A stretch of DNA of 64,000 nt, taken from assembly GCA_965649765.1 (NCBI GenBank), contig OZ287749.1, positions 22,630,001 through 22,694,000 of the forward strand. Reading direction: 5' to 3'. Positions 63,853 to 64,000 of the stretch are shown here, piece after piece. Both the position numbers and the translations under genes were made by a program. Source of the DNA: Bispira polyomma. Taxonomy: Eukaryota. Numbering within the stretch: position 1 is the first letter of the stretch; the number at the start of each line of letters is the position of its first letter. Under the pieces are notes generated by a model. That model did no database searches. It saw only the letters and a list, made by a program, of their open reading frames with translations, and was not told where the DNA came from.

Positions 63853-64000
63853 CTGTAAAATAAAGAGATACTAGAAATTCCACAGCTGCTGTCTTGACAT
63901 CATTATCACAACACTGATGTATGATACTAAAGAGTTGTGAGATGCACCATCTGCCATGGCATTTGAGATATGTTGGACGAAACACAATAAATGCCAGGTT

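Overview
This window is AT-rich eukaryotic DNA, probably from an invertebrate animal judging by the SINE, MITE and Helentron-like repeats. It contains no complete gene, and nearly all ORFs in the supplied track are spurious. Reading from minus-strand 3' splice acceptors reveals one dominant structure: a tandem array of at least 46 intact short coding exons across 1.7-63.9 kb, plus one stop-interrupted, one truncated and several degenerate copies. All are on the minus strand. Each begins after a (usually pyrimidine-rich) YAG acceptor in the same phase (2 nt, then in frame) and ends in its own stop codon. Each encodes a divergent variant of one ~32-45 aa motif: [YF]-x4-5-[PG]-x-[ST]...[IV]-N-x-[IVM]-C-x3-R-[RK]-x-L-[RK]-[RK]-K. 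I recognise this by pattern, without a database search, as the last two helices of a BEN DNA-binding domain. The simplest reading is one BEN-domain gene whose shared 5' exons lie beyond the right edge of the window and splice to one of dozens of mutually exclusive last exons, swapping the C-terminal DNA-contacting helix. Recent tandem duplications, a synonymous-biased paralog pair and pseudo-exons indicate birth-and-death evolution. Between the exons are an L2/CR1-like LINE 3' fragment, tRNA-derived SINEs, several MITEs, a Helentron-like element and minisatellites. All coordinates and translations were derived by hand.
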